From the IMG/VR virus record IMGVR_UViG_3300005747_000147: DNA of 64,000 bases. One strand, 5' to 3'. Shown here piece after piece: positions 8,787 to 17,842 of this stretch. Position 1 is the first letter of the stretch; each line of letters opens with the position of its first letter. Source of the stretch: an uncultured virus (IMG/VR IMGVR_UViG_3300005747_000147) (lineage: Duplodnaviria > Heunggongvirae > Uroviricota > Caudoviricetes). The translations under genes and the position numbers were made by a program. The notes beneath the pieces are model-generated. The model was not told the DNA's origin. It ran no database searches and saw only the letters and a list, made by a program, of their open reading frames with translations.

Positions 8787-9055
8787 AGACAGGAGATAGA
8801 AACGCAAGCAAACTGCAAGAAATACCAATGAGAGAATACGAAAAGATTACTCTCACTGAACGACATAAACGCCATCAACAACAACACCCAAACGATAACA
8901 ATATTGCAAAGGGGAAGAACGGAGTTACTTGGAATACAGCAGGTAAACATACTAAAAAGATGGATAAGTTTTACAAAGAACATATCTATACTTTTGTTGA
9001 TAGAGATATGAATAGGGCTTGGGTACGAGTTGCAGGATTTGAGGAGGAAGAATAA
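8783..9055 (+). CDS. hypothetical protein
   Basis: 90 aa coupled ORF ending in EEEE. Confidence 0.6.
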   Translation: MKTGDRNASKLQEIPMREYEKITLTERHKRHQQQHPNDNNIAKGKNGVTWNTAGKHTKKMDKFYKEHIYTFVDRDMNRAWVRVAGFEEEE

Positions 9056-9397
9056 ATGGATAAAAGATTTGGAACAGTAACAATAGATACTAATTGGTTA
9101 AACGAATACTACCCTAAAGCATTACAGGATTGGATAGTTGAAAATGAAAGACGACAGGCTAAATTAAAAATTGCTTTTAATAAGAAACTTGAAAGGGTTC
9201 AATACTTTTTAGATAATGATACTGATGATGATGCGAAAACTTTAGACATTAAAAAGGCTATGCAATTCGCAGTAGATACTGCTTTTAATACCAATACACC
9301 AGATACAAGAGCAAGTATGTGGTCGGCAATTCGCTCTTTAGGTTCAACATTACCTAATTATCCACACCATAGAGTAGGAAAGGAGGAAGAAGAATGA
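9056..9397 (+). CDS. hypothetical protein
   Basis: 113 aa coupled ORF ending in EEEE. Confidence 0.6.
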   Translation: MDKRFGTVTIDTNWLNEYYPKALQDWIVENERRQAKLKIAFNKKLERVQYFLDNDTDDDAKTLDIKKAMQFAVDTAFNTNTPDTRASMWSAIRSLGSTLPNYPHHRVGKEEEE

Positions 9398-9621
9398 TGT
9401 TGAAAGGTTGTGGAGAATGGATTCTTATTGAAACTGAACAAGCCAGTAGAAGTGGCATTGTTATGAAGTCTGACAATAAAGGAAAGTGCTTGAGTACAAG
9501 CGACGATTACAAGTATTTGATTGGTAAGACTGTTTATTTTGACAATACTGGAACAAAATATCAGACTATTGGACACTTAACAGTTGTTCCCTTTAATCGA
9601 ATATATGGTTATGAGGTGTGA
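9394..9621 (+). CDS. groS: GroES-like co-chaperonin
   Basis: LKGCGEWILIE...SRSGIVM...GKCLS...GKTVYF parallels GroES (LKPLGDRVLV...TxSGIxL...GxVxA...GDxVxF); lies near groEL. Confidence 0.65.
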   Translation: MMLKGCGEWILIETEQASRSGIVMKSDNKGKCLSTSDDYKYLIGKTVYFDNTGTKYQTIGHLTVVPFNRIYGYEV

Positions 9622-9947
9622 TAATGTTTGAAAAAGATTGGAATAAGATAGCAAAGAGGGTTTATACTAATGCTGTTAATCACGGATTTTGGAAAGAAAC
9701 TCCAAATGATGGTGAAAGAATAGCATTGATTCATGCAGAAGTCAGTGAAGCCCTTGAAGCACTTAGGGATGGAAACCCTTCATCTAATAAGATTATTGAG
9801 TTTTCTTCACTTGAAGAAGAATTGGCAGATGTTATAATAAGAATTATGGACTATTCTTTTGGTAAAGATTTAGATGTTGCAGGAGCAATTATTGCTAAAA
9901 TTGAATATAACCAAAATAGAGAATACATGCATGGTAAAAGTTTTTGA
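9618..9947 (+). CDS. MazG-like NTP pyrophosphohydrolase
   Basis: ALIHAEVSEALEA...EEELADVIIRIMD...KIEYNQNR. Confidence 0.85.
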   Translation: MIMFEKDWNKIAKRVYTNAVNHGFWKETPNDGERIALIHAEVSEALEALRDGNPSSNKIIEFSSLEEELADVIIRIMDYSFGKDLDVAGAIIAKIEYNQNREYMHGKSF

Positions 9948-9956
9948 GGTTTTGGT

Positions 9957-10100
9957 ATGACAGATAAACATAACAAAGATGCAGAATACTTGATTGAGTT
10001 AATTAAGTTATTCTATAAGGAAATGAATGATGGCCCACCATTAAGGGCAAGACAAATAATGGAAAAATATGAAAAGTTTTTTAGGGGGCAATTGAAATGA
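9957..10100 (+). CDS. small hypothetical protein (47 aa)
   Basis: MTDKHNKDAEYLIELIKLFY...GQLK*; fills the gap and its stop overlaps the groEL start. Confidence 0.5.
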   Translation: MTDKHNKDAEYLIELIKLFYKEMNDGPPLRARQIMEKYEKFFRGQLK

Positions 10101-11599
10101 TTATACACGGAAAAGAAGTAAAAGAAAAACTATTACAAGGAATTAATTTAGTAGCAGATACAGTATTACCGACACTTGGCCCACAAGCCAAAACGGTAAT
10201 TCTTCAAGGGAATCCACCAGTTATTATTAACGATGGTGTTACCATTACTAAGTATGTATCGCATGAAGACCCTTATGTTCAAATGGGCGTTCAAATGGTT
10301 CAAAATCTAGCGAGTAAAGCACAGGATAATTCAGGTGATGGAACAACAACTGCTTGTATTGTTGCAAGAGCATTATGTGAACAAATCCATACTGCTGATG
10401 TTTCAAACCTTCATACTCTCCGTAAAGAATTAGATGAAGCACAGGCAATTATTGTAGAATCACTTGAAATGATGGCAGTAGATGTTGGTGATGCCGATAT
10501 TGTTTCTGTTGCTACTATTGCGGCAAATAACGATTCTTACTTGGGTGGGCTAATTGAAGAGGCACTTAATGAAGTTGGTCGAGATGGTATTATTACTGTT
10601 GAAGAATCAAATAGTCATCGAACAAACTTAGTTGTCCGTAAGGGATTAGAAATTGATGAAGGGTATTTGAGTCATTTGATGGCTAATGGCGATGACGGAA
10701 AGGTTCAATTCAATAACCCTCTTATATTTACTTCTAATTTGGCAATCAAAAACTTTAGTGATATTCTACCAATGTTGGAATTAGCGGCAGTTGAGAAGCG
10801 ACCAATGGTAATGTTTGTGAAGGGAATGGATGGAAGTGCATTGAATAATATTATTATGAATGTTCTTCAAAAGACAATTGAAGTTGCAGTTGTTACTGCG
10901 CCTAATTTTGGTGATGCCCAATTAGATGAATTGGGTGATATTGTTTCTATTGTTGGAGGTCGCCTATATACTGACGAAAGTAAGGATGACCCAGAATTGA
11001 TTACCAAAGAAGAATTAGGTTCTTGTGAAAAGATTGTTATTACAAAGGAGACTACTACTATTATTGGTGGTAATTCGGCCGATGAAAGAATCAATACTCT
11101 CAAATCTGTTTTTGAAACATTGGATGATGATTTCGATAAGAAGCGTATGAAGAAGCGCATTTCTCGTTTGAGTGGCGGTATTGCTACTATTCAAATCGGT
11201 GCTTCTTCTTCTATGGAAATGCGTGAAAAGAAAGAAAGGTTGGATGATGCTTTGAATGCAACAAAAGCGGCACTGTCCGAAGGTATCATTACAGGTGGTG
11301 GTCTTGGTCTATTACATGCAAGAAATGACTTAGAAATTGAGAAGACTGGGCATAAGATTGTTTATGATGCTTTATCTAAACCTGCTCTTGTTCTATTGCA
11401 AAATAGTGGAAAAAGCGGTTTGTCATATAATTTAAATGACCCTCACTACGGTTACAATGCTCTTTCTGAAAAATATGAAAACTTGTGGAATGCAGGTGTC
11501 TTTGACCCTGTAAAGGTAACAAAGGGAAGTTTTAATGCGGCAATCTCAATTGCTTCATTGTTCTTAACTACTGAAGTTGCTGTTCTTTTGGAGGAATAA
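10097..11599 (+). CDS. groL: group I chaperonin GroEL
   Basis: TLGP, INDGVTI, GDGTTT, GRDGIITVEE, APNFGD, ERLDDALNATKAA, DPVKV; no GGM tail. Confidence 0.95.
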   Translation: MIIHGKEVKEKLLQGINLVADTVLPTLGPQAKTVILQGNPPVIINDGVTITKYVSHEDPYVQMGVQMVQNLASKAQDNSGDGTTTACIVARALCEQIHTADVSNLHTLRKELDEAQAIIVESLEMMAVDVGDADIVSVATIAANNDSYLGGLIEEALNEVGRDGIITVEESNSHRTNLVVRKGLEIDEGYLSHLMANGDDGKVQFNNPLIFTSNLAIKNFSDILPMLELAAVEKRPMVMFVKGMDGSALNNIIMNVLQKTIEVAVVTAPNFGDAQLDELGDIVSIVGGRLYTDESKDDPELITKEELGSCEKIVITKETTTIIGGNSADERINTLKSVFETLDDDFDKKRMKKRISRLSGGIATIQIGASSSMEMREKKERLDDALNATKAALSEGIITGGGLGLLHARNDLEIEKTGHKIVYDALSKPALVLLQNSGKSGLSYNLNDPHYGYNALSEKYENLWNAGVFDPVKVTKGSFNAAISIASLFLTTEVAVLLEE

Positions 11600-11600
11600 T

Positions 11601-12002
11601 ATGAAAAAGAGAGCAGTTACAGTAACACTACCCGCACCACACAATGCTGAAATACCTTGTCCTATTTGTGAAGGAAACAAATGTAAAGTATGTGGAATGA
11701 AAGGTAGATTATCAATTAAAGTTGCACCGAAGATTCCTATTCAAAGGGCGCACATCATTAAGTATGTTGTAGATAATATACATGAAGTAGCAAATGAAAT
11801 TACTAAAATGTATGGGCTTGTTCCTGAGTTTAGCACTACGGAAGTAATTAATATAAACGATGGGCAATATGAAATTGTTCAAGTTTCTTCTTTAGGTGGT
11901 GCTTGTTGGGTTGTAAATCGTTTAGATGATTTAGAATCACCAAGGTATTTTACTTCGAGAAAAGAATTGGACAAGTTTAAGCAGGGGTGGTTTAATGAGT
12001 GA
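11601..12002 (+). CDS. Zn-finger protein
   Basis: CPICEGNKCKVCG; ATG 11601 follows GAGGA. Confidence 0.6.
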   Translation: MKKRAVTVTLPAPHNAEIPCPICEGNKCKVCGMKGRLSIKVAPKIPIQRAHIIKYVVDNIHEVANEITKMYGLVPEFSTTEVININDGQYEIVQVSSLGGACWVVNRLDDLESPRYFTSRKELDKFKQGWFNE

Positions 12003-12198
12003 TGGTTTTGAAACAAGAGGAACGATTGCAAGAAATGAAAAGGATGAAATCCTAATCAAAACAGGTGAATATTACAATATCGAAGTCTTGGATATTCGTT
12101 GGCACACCTTATCAAAGCCGACAAGAAAAGGTATTCGATTGAATATGGAAGAAGCAAAGAAATTATTAAATGTATTAAAGAGGGTTTTAGATGAGTGA
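11995..12198 (+). CDS. PC4/YdbC-like ssDNA-binding protein
   Basis: LDIRW...KPTRKGIRLNMEE is the PC4 signature. Confidence 0.75.
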   Translation: MSDGFETRGTIARNEKDEILIKTGEYYNIEVLDIRWHTLSKPTRKGIRLNMEEAKKLLNVLKRVLDE

Positions 12199-12526
12199 AG
12201 AAAGAGAATATCAAGAGAATAGGATTCCCTATCAACAGGCGAGAAAATCACTACGATTGGCTAATCCAAAACGACAATATGCAACTGGTTCAGTAGATAG
12301 GTTTAGGACAAAAGCAAGTGCTATTGTAGATTTGTTTGCTAAGTATGTTGATGAACAAATGATAAAGCCCCCAAATACAGGTCATGGTTGTAGAGTAACT
12401 ACTAGCCATGTCAATATAGCGTATAGAAAAATAGAGATGGACTTAGATGCCTTCTTTAAGAAAGAATCGGAATTGATGGCTTCCGTAAGAATTGCCATGA
12501 ATATTAATGGAGATGAAGAAGAATGA
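12191..12526 (+). CDS. divergent histone-fold protein (candidate)
   Basis: IPYQQARKSLR-loop-long helix-RVTTSHVNIAYR matches the histone-fold a1-L1-a2-L2-a3 spacing. Confidence 0.45.
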   Translation: MSEEREYQENRIPYQQARKSLRLANPKRQYATGSVDRFRTKASAIVDLFAKYVDEQMIKPPNTGHGCRVTTSHVNIAYRKIEMDLDAFFKKESELMASVRIAMNINGDEEE

Positions 12527-12858
12527 ATTATGAAAAACATTGGAAAACAGACAAGTCCATGAACCAATGGGCAAAAAACATGCGAAAGAAATTATCCGGT
12601 AGATATTTAGATTTGTTTAATCAACAACATGCTACCATGAGTAAGGCTAACCTTTACATCAAAGCAACATTTGTAATCTATTGGGAAATACAAACAGATG
12701 ATAATTTGTCTAAGTATGCAGTATATATCACACAGGCGACTTTAATGACTATGGCTGATAAGTTCTTGCAGATAAATAAAATGCAAGAAGCCAACGCAGT
12801 TCATATGATGAACATTAACTTTACAAGGCTCTTAGGTGGTTTAGATGAAGAAGAATGA
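12523..12858 (+). CDS. hypothetical protein
   Basis: 111 aa helical ORF, coupled to the previous gene. Confidence 0.6.
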   Translation: MNYEKHWKTDKSMNQWAKNMRKKLSGRYLDLFNQQHATMSKANLYIKATFVIYWEIQTDDNLSKYAVYITQATLMTMADKFLQINKMQEANAVHMMNINFTRLLGGLDEEE

Positions 12859-13081
12859 TTGGGATTACATCTCAACGCTAATGTGGGCATATGCCGAAAA
12901 CAATGAAAAAATGAATCAGCGTATCAGTAGGCTGTTAAAACAACTGGTAAAAACAATAAACGAAAATATGGAAGTGATTATAGATGACAATGAAGAGAAT
13001 GACAAGACTACTGGAAGCAACGGAGCAAATGACTCCAACACAACAAGTAACATCAATTTCGAAGGCTCTGGAGAATTTTGA
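12845..13081 (+). CDS. hypothetical protein
   Basis: 78 aa; the 3' part overlaps the ligase start and is low complexity. Confidence 0.45.
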   Translation: MKKNDWDYISTLMWAYAENNEKMNQRISRLLKQLVKTINENMEVIIDDNEENDKTTGSNGANDSNTTSNINFEGSGEF

Positions 13082-14513
13082 AGAAAAAGATATTTTCTTT
13101 TCTATTCTAGCCCAAGAATACCCATCAAATAATATTGGGCTAGCAAAGGCTAAAAAATGGCTAACTAAGATGTATGATTGTTTTGATGATGAAATTGAAC
13201 AAGAATATCAAGTACATGATGATTTAGGTGATGCTATTTATTACCTTGACCCATCTGCACAGACTCAAACAGAACATAGTCTTGCTACATTTCACCGGAT
13301 TCTTTCTTTAGATTGTGGTGGTGTTGATTCTGATGCGTATAAGACTATTGATTTATTCCTATCAGATTTATCTGCATTGGAAGCAAAATGGTTTATTCGC
13401 CATTGGTTAAAGACAACTCGCAATGGTTTGCGTGATGGTGTGGTTAAGAAGATTATTGCCAAACACTACAATAAGAAAATTACACTTGTAAAGAAGCATT
13501 GTAATTTTAATTCAATCAAAGATGTAGTTTCATATTATGAGCGTGATGAAGAACCTCCATGTAATTTAACACATGGGAAGTTTATTTCACCCATGCTTGC
13601 TAAAGAAATACCTATGAAGAAGTGGCCGTCAAATCCTATTGTTGATTATAAGTATGACGGTAATCGTTATCAAATCCATAAGAATGGAGATAGTGTTATT
13701 ATTTTTAATCGTAAAGGTAAGATTGTAACTGCCCAATTTGCTGATGTTGCACAACAAGTAAGTAAGTATGCAGTTATGCAAGCCATATTCGACGGTGAAA
13801 TCTACCCGATAAAGGAAGACGGAAGCCCCGATGAACACAAGAAAATGGGTACGAGAGTACATTCTAAAGACCATGCCGAGGCAATGGCGAGAGTGCCGGT
13901 TCGTTGGGTTATTTTCGATTGCTTGAAGTGGGAAAGTGAAACTATTATGAATCTTTCTTATGCTGAAAGATTAGAGAAGTTTAAGTCTAATCCCGACCAA
14001 GCACATAGAATGGAAAAAGACGGAGACATTATGGCATTCTATAACAATGCAATTAATGATGGCTTCGAGGGTATTATTGTCAAAGATACAACATTACCAT
14101 ATGAAGCGGGTAAAAGAAGCACAGGTTGGGCTAAATACAAGCCACCCCAAATTGAATTAGATGTTGTTATTCTTGCGGCTTCTTATGGGGAGGGTCGTAG
14201 AGCAAATGTATTCGGAACTTTTGAAATGGGCGTTAAGTCTGAAAGTGGATTTACTAACATTGGTTCTATTGGAAGCGGCTTTACTGATAGTGATTTGATT
14301 AGTCTAACTAATCAATTGCGTAAGATTGTAGAGTCTTACAGTGATGGAAGGTATGTATTCCTTCCTCGAATTGTTTTAGAAGTTAAGGCTGATTTGATTA
14401 GTCGAGATGTAAAGGGGAATATCGGTTTGCGATTCCCTAGAATGAAACGAATTAGAAATGATAAGTTTGTAGCAGACATTAATACAATTGAAGATGTGGA
14501 GAGATTAATATGA
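12984..14513 (+). CDS. lig: ATP-dependent DNA ligase (archaeal type with N-terminal DNA-binding domain)
   Basis: PMLA, motif I YKYDGNR, IFDGE, VIFD, EGIIVK, WAKYK, OB fold with LRFPR and RNDK. Confidence 0.95.
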   Translation: MTMKRMTRLLEATEQMTPTQQVTSISKALENFEEKDIFFSILAQEYPSNNIGLAKAKKWLTKMYDCFDDEIEQEYQVHDDLGDAIYYLDPSAQTQTEHSLATFHRILSLDCGGVDSDAYKTIDLFLSDLSALEAKWFIRHWLKTTRNGLRDGVVKKIIAKHYNKKITLVKKHCNFNSIKDVVSYYERDEEPPCNLTHGKFISPMLAKEIPMKKWPSNPIVDYKYDGNRYQIHKNGDSVIIFNRKGKIVTAQFADVAQQVSKYAVMQAIFDGEIYPIKEDGSPDEHKKMGTRVHSKDHAEAMARVPVRWVIFDCLKWESETIMNLSYAERLEKFKSNPDQAHRMEKDGDIMAFYNNAINDGFEGIIVKDTTLPYEAGKRSTGWAKYKPPQIELDVVILAASYGEGRRANVFGTFEMGVKSESGFTNIGSIGSGFTDSDLISLTNQLRKIVESYSDGRYVFLPRIVLEVKADLISRDVKGNIGLRFPRMKRIRNDKFVADINTIEDVERLI

Positions 14514-14959
14514 TAGAAGTAGGAGGATTAACAGTAATAGATTTTAAAACATATTCTTGTGTTAAAATTGACATGGAAGGATATGCACACTTGAAAGACA
14601 TAACTACTACCCAAGGAAGACCAAAGAAAATGAAAGCGGTATTAGTTCCGTATTTTGAAAATGGTGTTTTCATTACCCCCGAACCTGAACCAGTTGAAGA
14701 CTTTAAGGTAAAGACTAAAATTAGTGTAAGGAAAGTAGCAAAGGAAGAAGTAGAAATGCCGATTAGTAATTCAGCAATACGACTATTATCCGAATGGGCA
14801 GATACAGGAATCCGTAATGCTATTATCAATGCACAACATAATGCTATGATTAGGGGCGGCAAGACAATTCAAGCGGCAGATATTTATTGGTTTGAGACTA
14901 ATAATCAAGTTCGTGGTTATTGGCCCACGCAAAATGAATATGCTAAGAAGGATGAATGA
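14510..14959 (+). CDS. histone-fold protein with an N-terminal beta-rich domain
   Basis: VRKVAKEE-MPISNSAIRLLSEWADTGIRNAIINAQHNAMIRGGKTIQAADI aligns by eye with archaeal HMf (RIIK...RVSDDA...AIKLARHAGRKTIKAEDI). Confidence 0.75.
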   Translation: MIEVGGLTVIDFKTYSCVKIDMEGYAHLKDITTTQGRPKKMKAVLVPYFENGVFITPEPEPVEDFKVKTKISVRKVAKEEVEMPISNSAIRLLSEWADTGIRNAIINAQHNAMIRGGKTIQAADIYWFETNNQVRGYWPTQNEYAKKDE

Positions 14960-15357
14960 TTATGTTTAGTAAAGATATGTTAATTGGAATTATTCTTGGT
15001 ATGTCTAAAACTGACATTTACTTGGATAGAAATGATAAATCGCAGATTGGTTATAGAGTTAGGCTTAGAGTAAACCTTCGAGCAAACGCTGATTTTCTTT
15101 TGGCAATTCAGCGAAGTTTAGAACAACACCAAATAGGCTCAACCTATAAGGAAACTGAACATAAGAGTCGCCCTAAACCAATTCTTAGAATTGGTGGAAT
15201 TAAAAACTTATATAAGTTATGTCTTTTGATTCCTGAGATTTTACCGGATTCAAAGGATGAATGGGTAGTGTTTAGGAAAGCAGTAGATATTGTAGCCAAT
15301 GATAGGCACTTACAACTAGACGGCTTGGAAGAATTATTTGAATTGAAAGGTGTTTGA
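14956..15357 (+). CDS. LAGLIDADG-fold protein, probably catalytically degenerate
   Basis: LIGIILGMSKTDIYL...GYRVRLRVNL...FLLAIQRSL...LRIGGIKNLYKL...FRKAVDIV...HLQLDGLEEL follows the single-motif LAGLIDADG layout but lacks D-G-D/E-G. Confidence 0.65.
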   Translation: MIMFSKDMLIGIILGMSKTDIYLDRNDKSQIGYRVRLRVNLRANADFLLAIQRSLEQHQIGSTYKETEHKSRPKPILRIGGIKNLYKLCLLIPEILPDSKDEWVVFRKAVDIVANDRHLQLDGLEELFELKGV

Positions 15358-16209
15358 ATGGGATTTACAACAATGGAGATAAAAAGACCAATACTTTTAA
15401 CTGGCAAAACGGGTACAGGAAAAACAACTAAAGCAAAAGAATGGTTGCCAAATGCCGCATTGTTTTATGCTAATAAAATGAGTATTAGAGAATTGGGTTC
15501 GATGTCAATAGAAAATGGTATAATCATAGAGGATATTCACATTAAACCGAAGAGAGATGAGATACTCAATGTACTTAGAAAGTATCGAGGACAGGTTGTA
15601 ATTACTTCTATCAATGAAAAGTCAGTGCCTAAAGACATTAAGAGTATGTGCCAAATTAAAAGAGCAGGTTCAACTAAACATTTACTAAATGCTATTCAAG
15701 AAATAGCACCACGCTCCTGTGAGCCTTTGTCTATGGAACAAGATACTTACAGTTTAGTTTCAATGTATCTAAAAGAAACAGATAGAGACTTGATGGCAAA
15801 AATATTGAAATATAATAAACCATCTGATACCCAAATGCTTTCTTGGTTGGTTGAAAACATGCACCCAAACAAAATAGTATTCATTGATAGTGTAGTAAAG
15901 CGTAGATGGCCTTTGTCTTATTTTTATGAGATGTTGGCATATACCCATAGTGGTAAAACATTCGGGCAAGTATCAATGCCAAAGAGAGGCAAGTATTCAC
16001 AGAAACCTAAACTAATCAAAAGGTTGGGAATTAAAAGTGGAGAAGAACGACTATTTAAGCAGTTTAAGAAAGACGAAGAGTTTGTAGAGTTTGCTAAAAC
16101 TAAACTTAACAATGGTGATTGTCGAATACTTGGACTTGGAGAAAAGAGAAGAAGAAAAAAGACTGACCCAATAAGGGTTCAGCAAAAAACATTAGGTGAT
16201 TACCTATGA
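15358..16209 (+). CDS. rfcL: clamp loader large-subunit-like AAA+ ATPase
   Basis: ILLTGKTGTGKTT, IIIEDIH, basic C-terminus ending in a PIP-box-like QKTLGDYL. Confidence 0.65.
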   Translation: MGFTTMEIKRPILLTGKTGTGKTTKAKEWLPNAALFYANKMSIRELGSMSIENGIIIEDIHIKPKRDEILNVLRKYRGQVVITSINEKSVPKDIKSMCQIKRAGSTKHLLNAIQEIAPRSCEPLSMEQDTYSLVSMYLKETDRDLMAKILKYNKPSDTQMLSWLVENMHPNKIVFIDSVVKRRWPLSYFYEMLAYTHSGKTFGQVSMPKRGKYSQKPKLIKRLGIKSGEERLFKQFKKDEEFVEFAKTKLNNGDCRILGLGEKRRRKKTDPIRVQQKTLGDYL

Positions 16210-16493
16210 GTAGAAATAAAAATAATAAAAAAAGAATTAGAGCGATTCTAGAAGAAGGGCCAAAAACAACAGGTCAAATTATGACAAGGTTGAAAGATGA
16301 CGAATCTACTAGAGGAACAAGAAAGATTACTGTAAATGGTGAAATAATTGGATATAAGAAAGTTAAGCGTTCTAATAGGCGTTTAGATGCACCTACTATG
16401 AACCAATTATGTAACATTATGCGAAGTGTCGCAAATAAAGAAGGCTTTTGTAAAGAAACGAAGCAGGTAATTTGGGAATTAAAGGTGGAATAA
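16206..16493 (+). CDS. basic winged-helix-like protein
   Basis: ILEEGPKTTGQIMTRL...PTMNQLCNIM...IWEL. Confidence 0.5.
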   Translation: MSRNKNNKKRIRAILEEGPKTTGQIMTRLKDDESTRGTRKITVNGEIIGYKKVKRSNRRLDAPTMNQLCNIMRSVANKEGFCKETKQVIWELKVE

Positions 16494-16495
16494 AT

Positions 16496-16909
16496 ATGGA
16501 AGAAGATTACGAAAAAATTAGAAGGATTTCATTGGGTCTTTTCTTTGTGGCAAATATTTGGCTTATGTTTTGGTATGTTGTTATTTATGATGATGGTTTG
16601 AGAGTAGATTGTTGGACAAGTAGTTACGGCAATACTTGGTGCGATGTCGAACAAAGAAACTACGCAGCACTTCTTTTATTACCGTTAATATATTCAGTGG
16701 CTTTCCCCTTAGTCTATTGGATATTCTATTACCCATTGAAGTTTATTCAAGACTATACTAATCTACTTAAGAACAGTAAAGAACAAGAGATTCGATATTT
16801 ACCTATGCCAAATCTACCAATAGAAAAAGTAAGTGAGATTAAACATGAGACTCCAAATATTGTAATCAAAAATATCAATGTAAAGGATGGAGTAATTACG
16901 GAGGAATAA
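16496..16909 (+). CDS. membrane protein (2 TM)
   Basis: Two hydrophobic segments flanking a CWTSSYGNTWC loop; AGGTGG SD. Confidence 0.65.
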   Translation: MEEDYEKIRRISLGLFFVANIWLMFWYVVIYDDGLRVDCWTSSYGNTWCDVEQRNYAALLLLPLIYSVAFPLVYWIFYYPLKFIQDYTNLLKNSKEQEIRYLPMPNLPIEKVSEIKHETPNIVIKNINVKDGVITEE

Positions 16910-16911
16910 AT

Positions 16912-17826
16912 ATGTTATGGACAGAAAAATATAGACCAAAGAAGATAGGAGACATTGTAGGGCAAGAACATTTTGTTATGGATGCCGCTACTTGGATTGA
17001 AGAAAGAAATATGCCAAATGTATTATTGTTTGGTAATGCAGGAACAGGTAAAACTGCATCTGGAATTGCATTAGCAAGAGATATTTTAGGTGATTGTTTT
17101 AATGATAACTTTGTAGAAGTAAATGCTTCCGATGATAGGCGACTTGAAGTTGTAAGAACAACAATTAAGAATGTAGCCCAAAGTGGAACAATAGGAGATG
17201 TTCCTTTCCGAGTAATTCTACTGGATGAATTGGGAGGAATGACGGTTGATGCCCAAAGTGCATTGAAGCGCATTATGGAAAGATATGCACATAATGTTCG
17301 TTTCATTATTACTTGTAATGACCGAAGTAAGATTATTCACCCACTACAAAGTCGGTGTGCTAATTATCATTTTAAGCCACTCACTAATGAAGTCATTCTT
17401 GATGTAATCAAATCAATGCTTCAAAAAGAGCAAGTAACTGTATTTGCAGATGATGAATTAGCAACATTCATATATGAGGTAGATGGAGACTTGCGTAGAG
17501 CGATAACCGAGATACAGGCGGCAAAGTCTTCCGGCTTCTCTTTATCGAAACAAATAGAATCATCTCACAAAGAATACAATGAAATATTAATCGAAATTTT
17601 AAATAAAAATCCAAACAAAGCACTAGCAACCCTTCATAACATAATTTATGAAGGTAGAAGCGTTAAACAAATCTGTTTAGGTTTGCATAATGCTGTTATT
17701 GCTTCGGATGGCTTGGATAATGCTACCAAGTATAAACTGTTAAGAACAGTCGGAGAAAGCGAATACCGTTCAACTACCATGACTCCGAAAGTATTACTAT
17801 CATGGATGGTTGGACAATTAATATAA
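16912..17826 (+). CDS. rfcS: replication factor C small subunit
   Basis: WTEKYRP, GNAGTGKT, NASDDR, ILLDE, AQSALKR, LQSRC, GDLRRAI. Confidence 0.95.
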   Translation: MLWTEKYRPKKIGDIVGQEHFVMDAATWIEERNMPNVLLFGNAGTGKTASGIALARDILGDCFNDNFVEVNASDDRRLEVVRTTIKNVAQSGTIGDVPFRVILLDELGGMTVDAQSALKRIMERYAHNVRFIITCNDRSKIIHPLQSRCANYHFKPLTNEVILDVIKSMLQKEQVTVFADDELATFIYEVDGDLRRAITEIQAAKSSGFSLSKQIESSHKEYNEILIEILNKNPNKALATLHNIIYEGRSVKQICLGLHNAVIASDGLDNATKYKLLRTVGESEYRSTTMTPKVLLSWMVGQLI

Positions 17827-17842
17827 GGAAGGAAGTGAAAAT

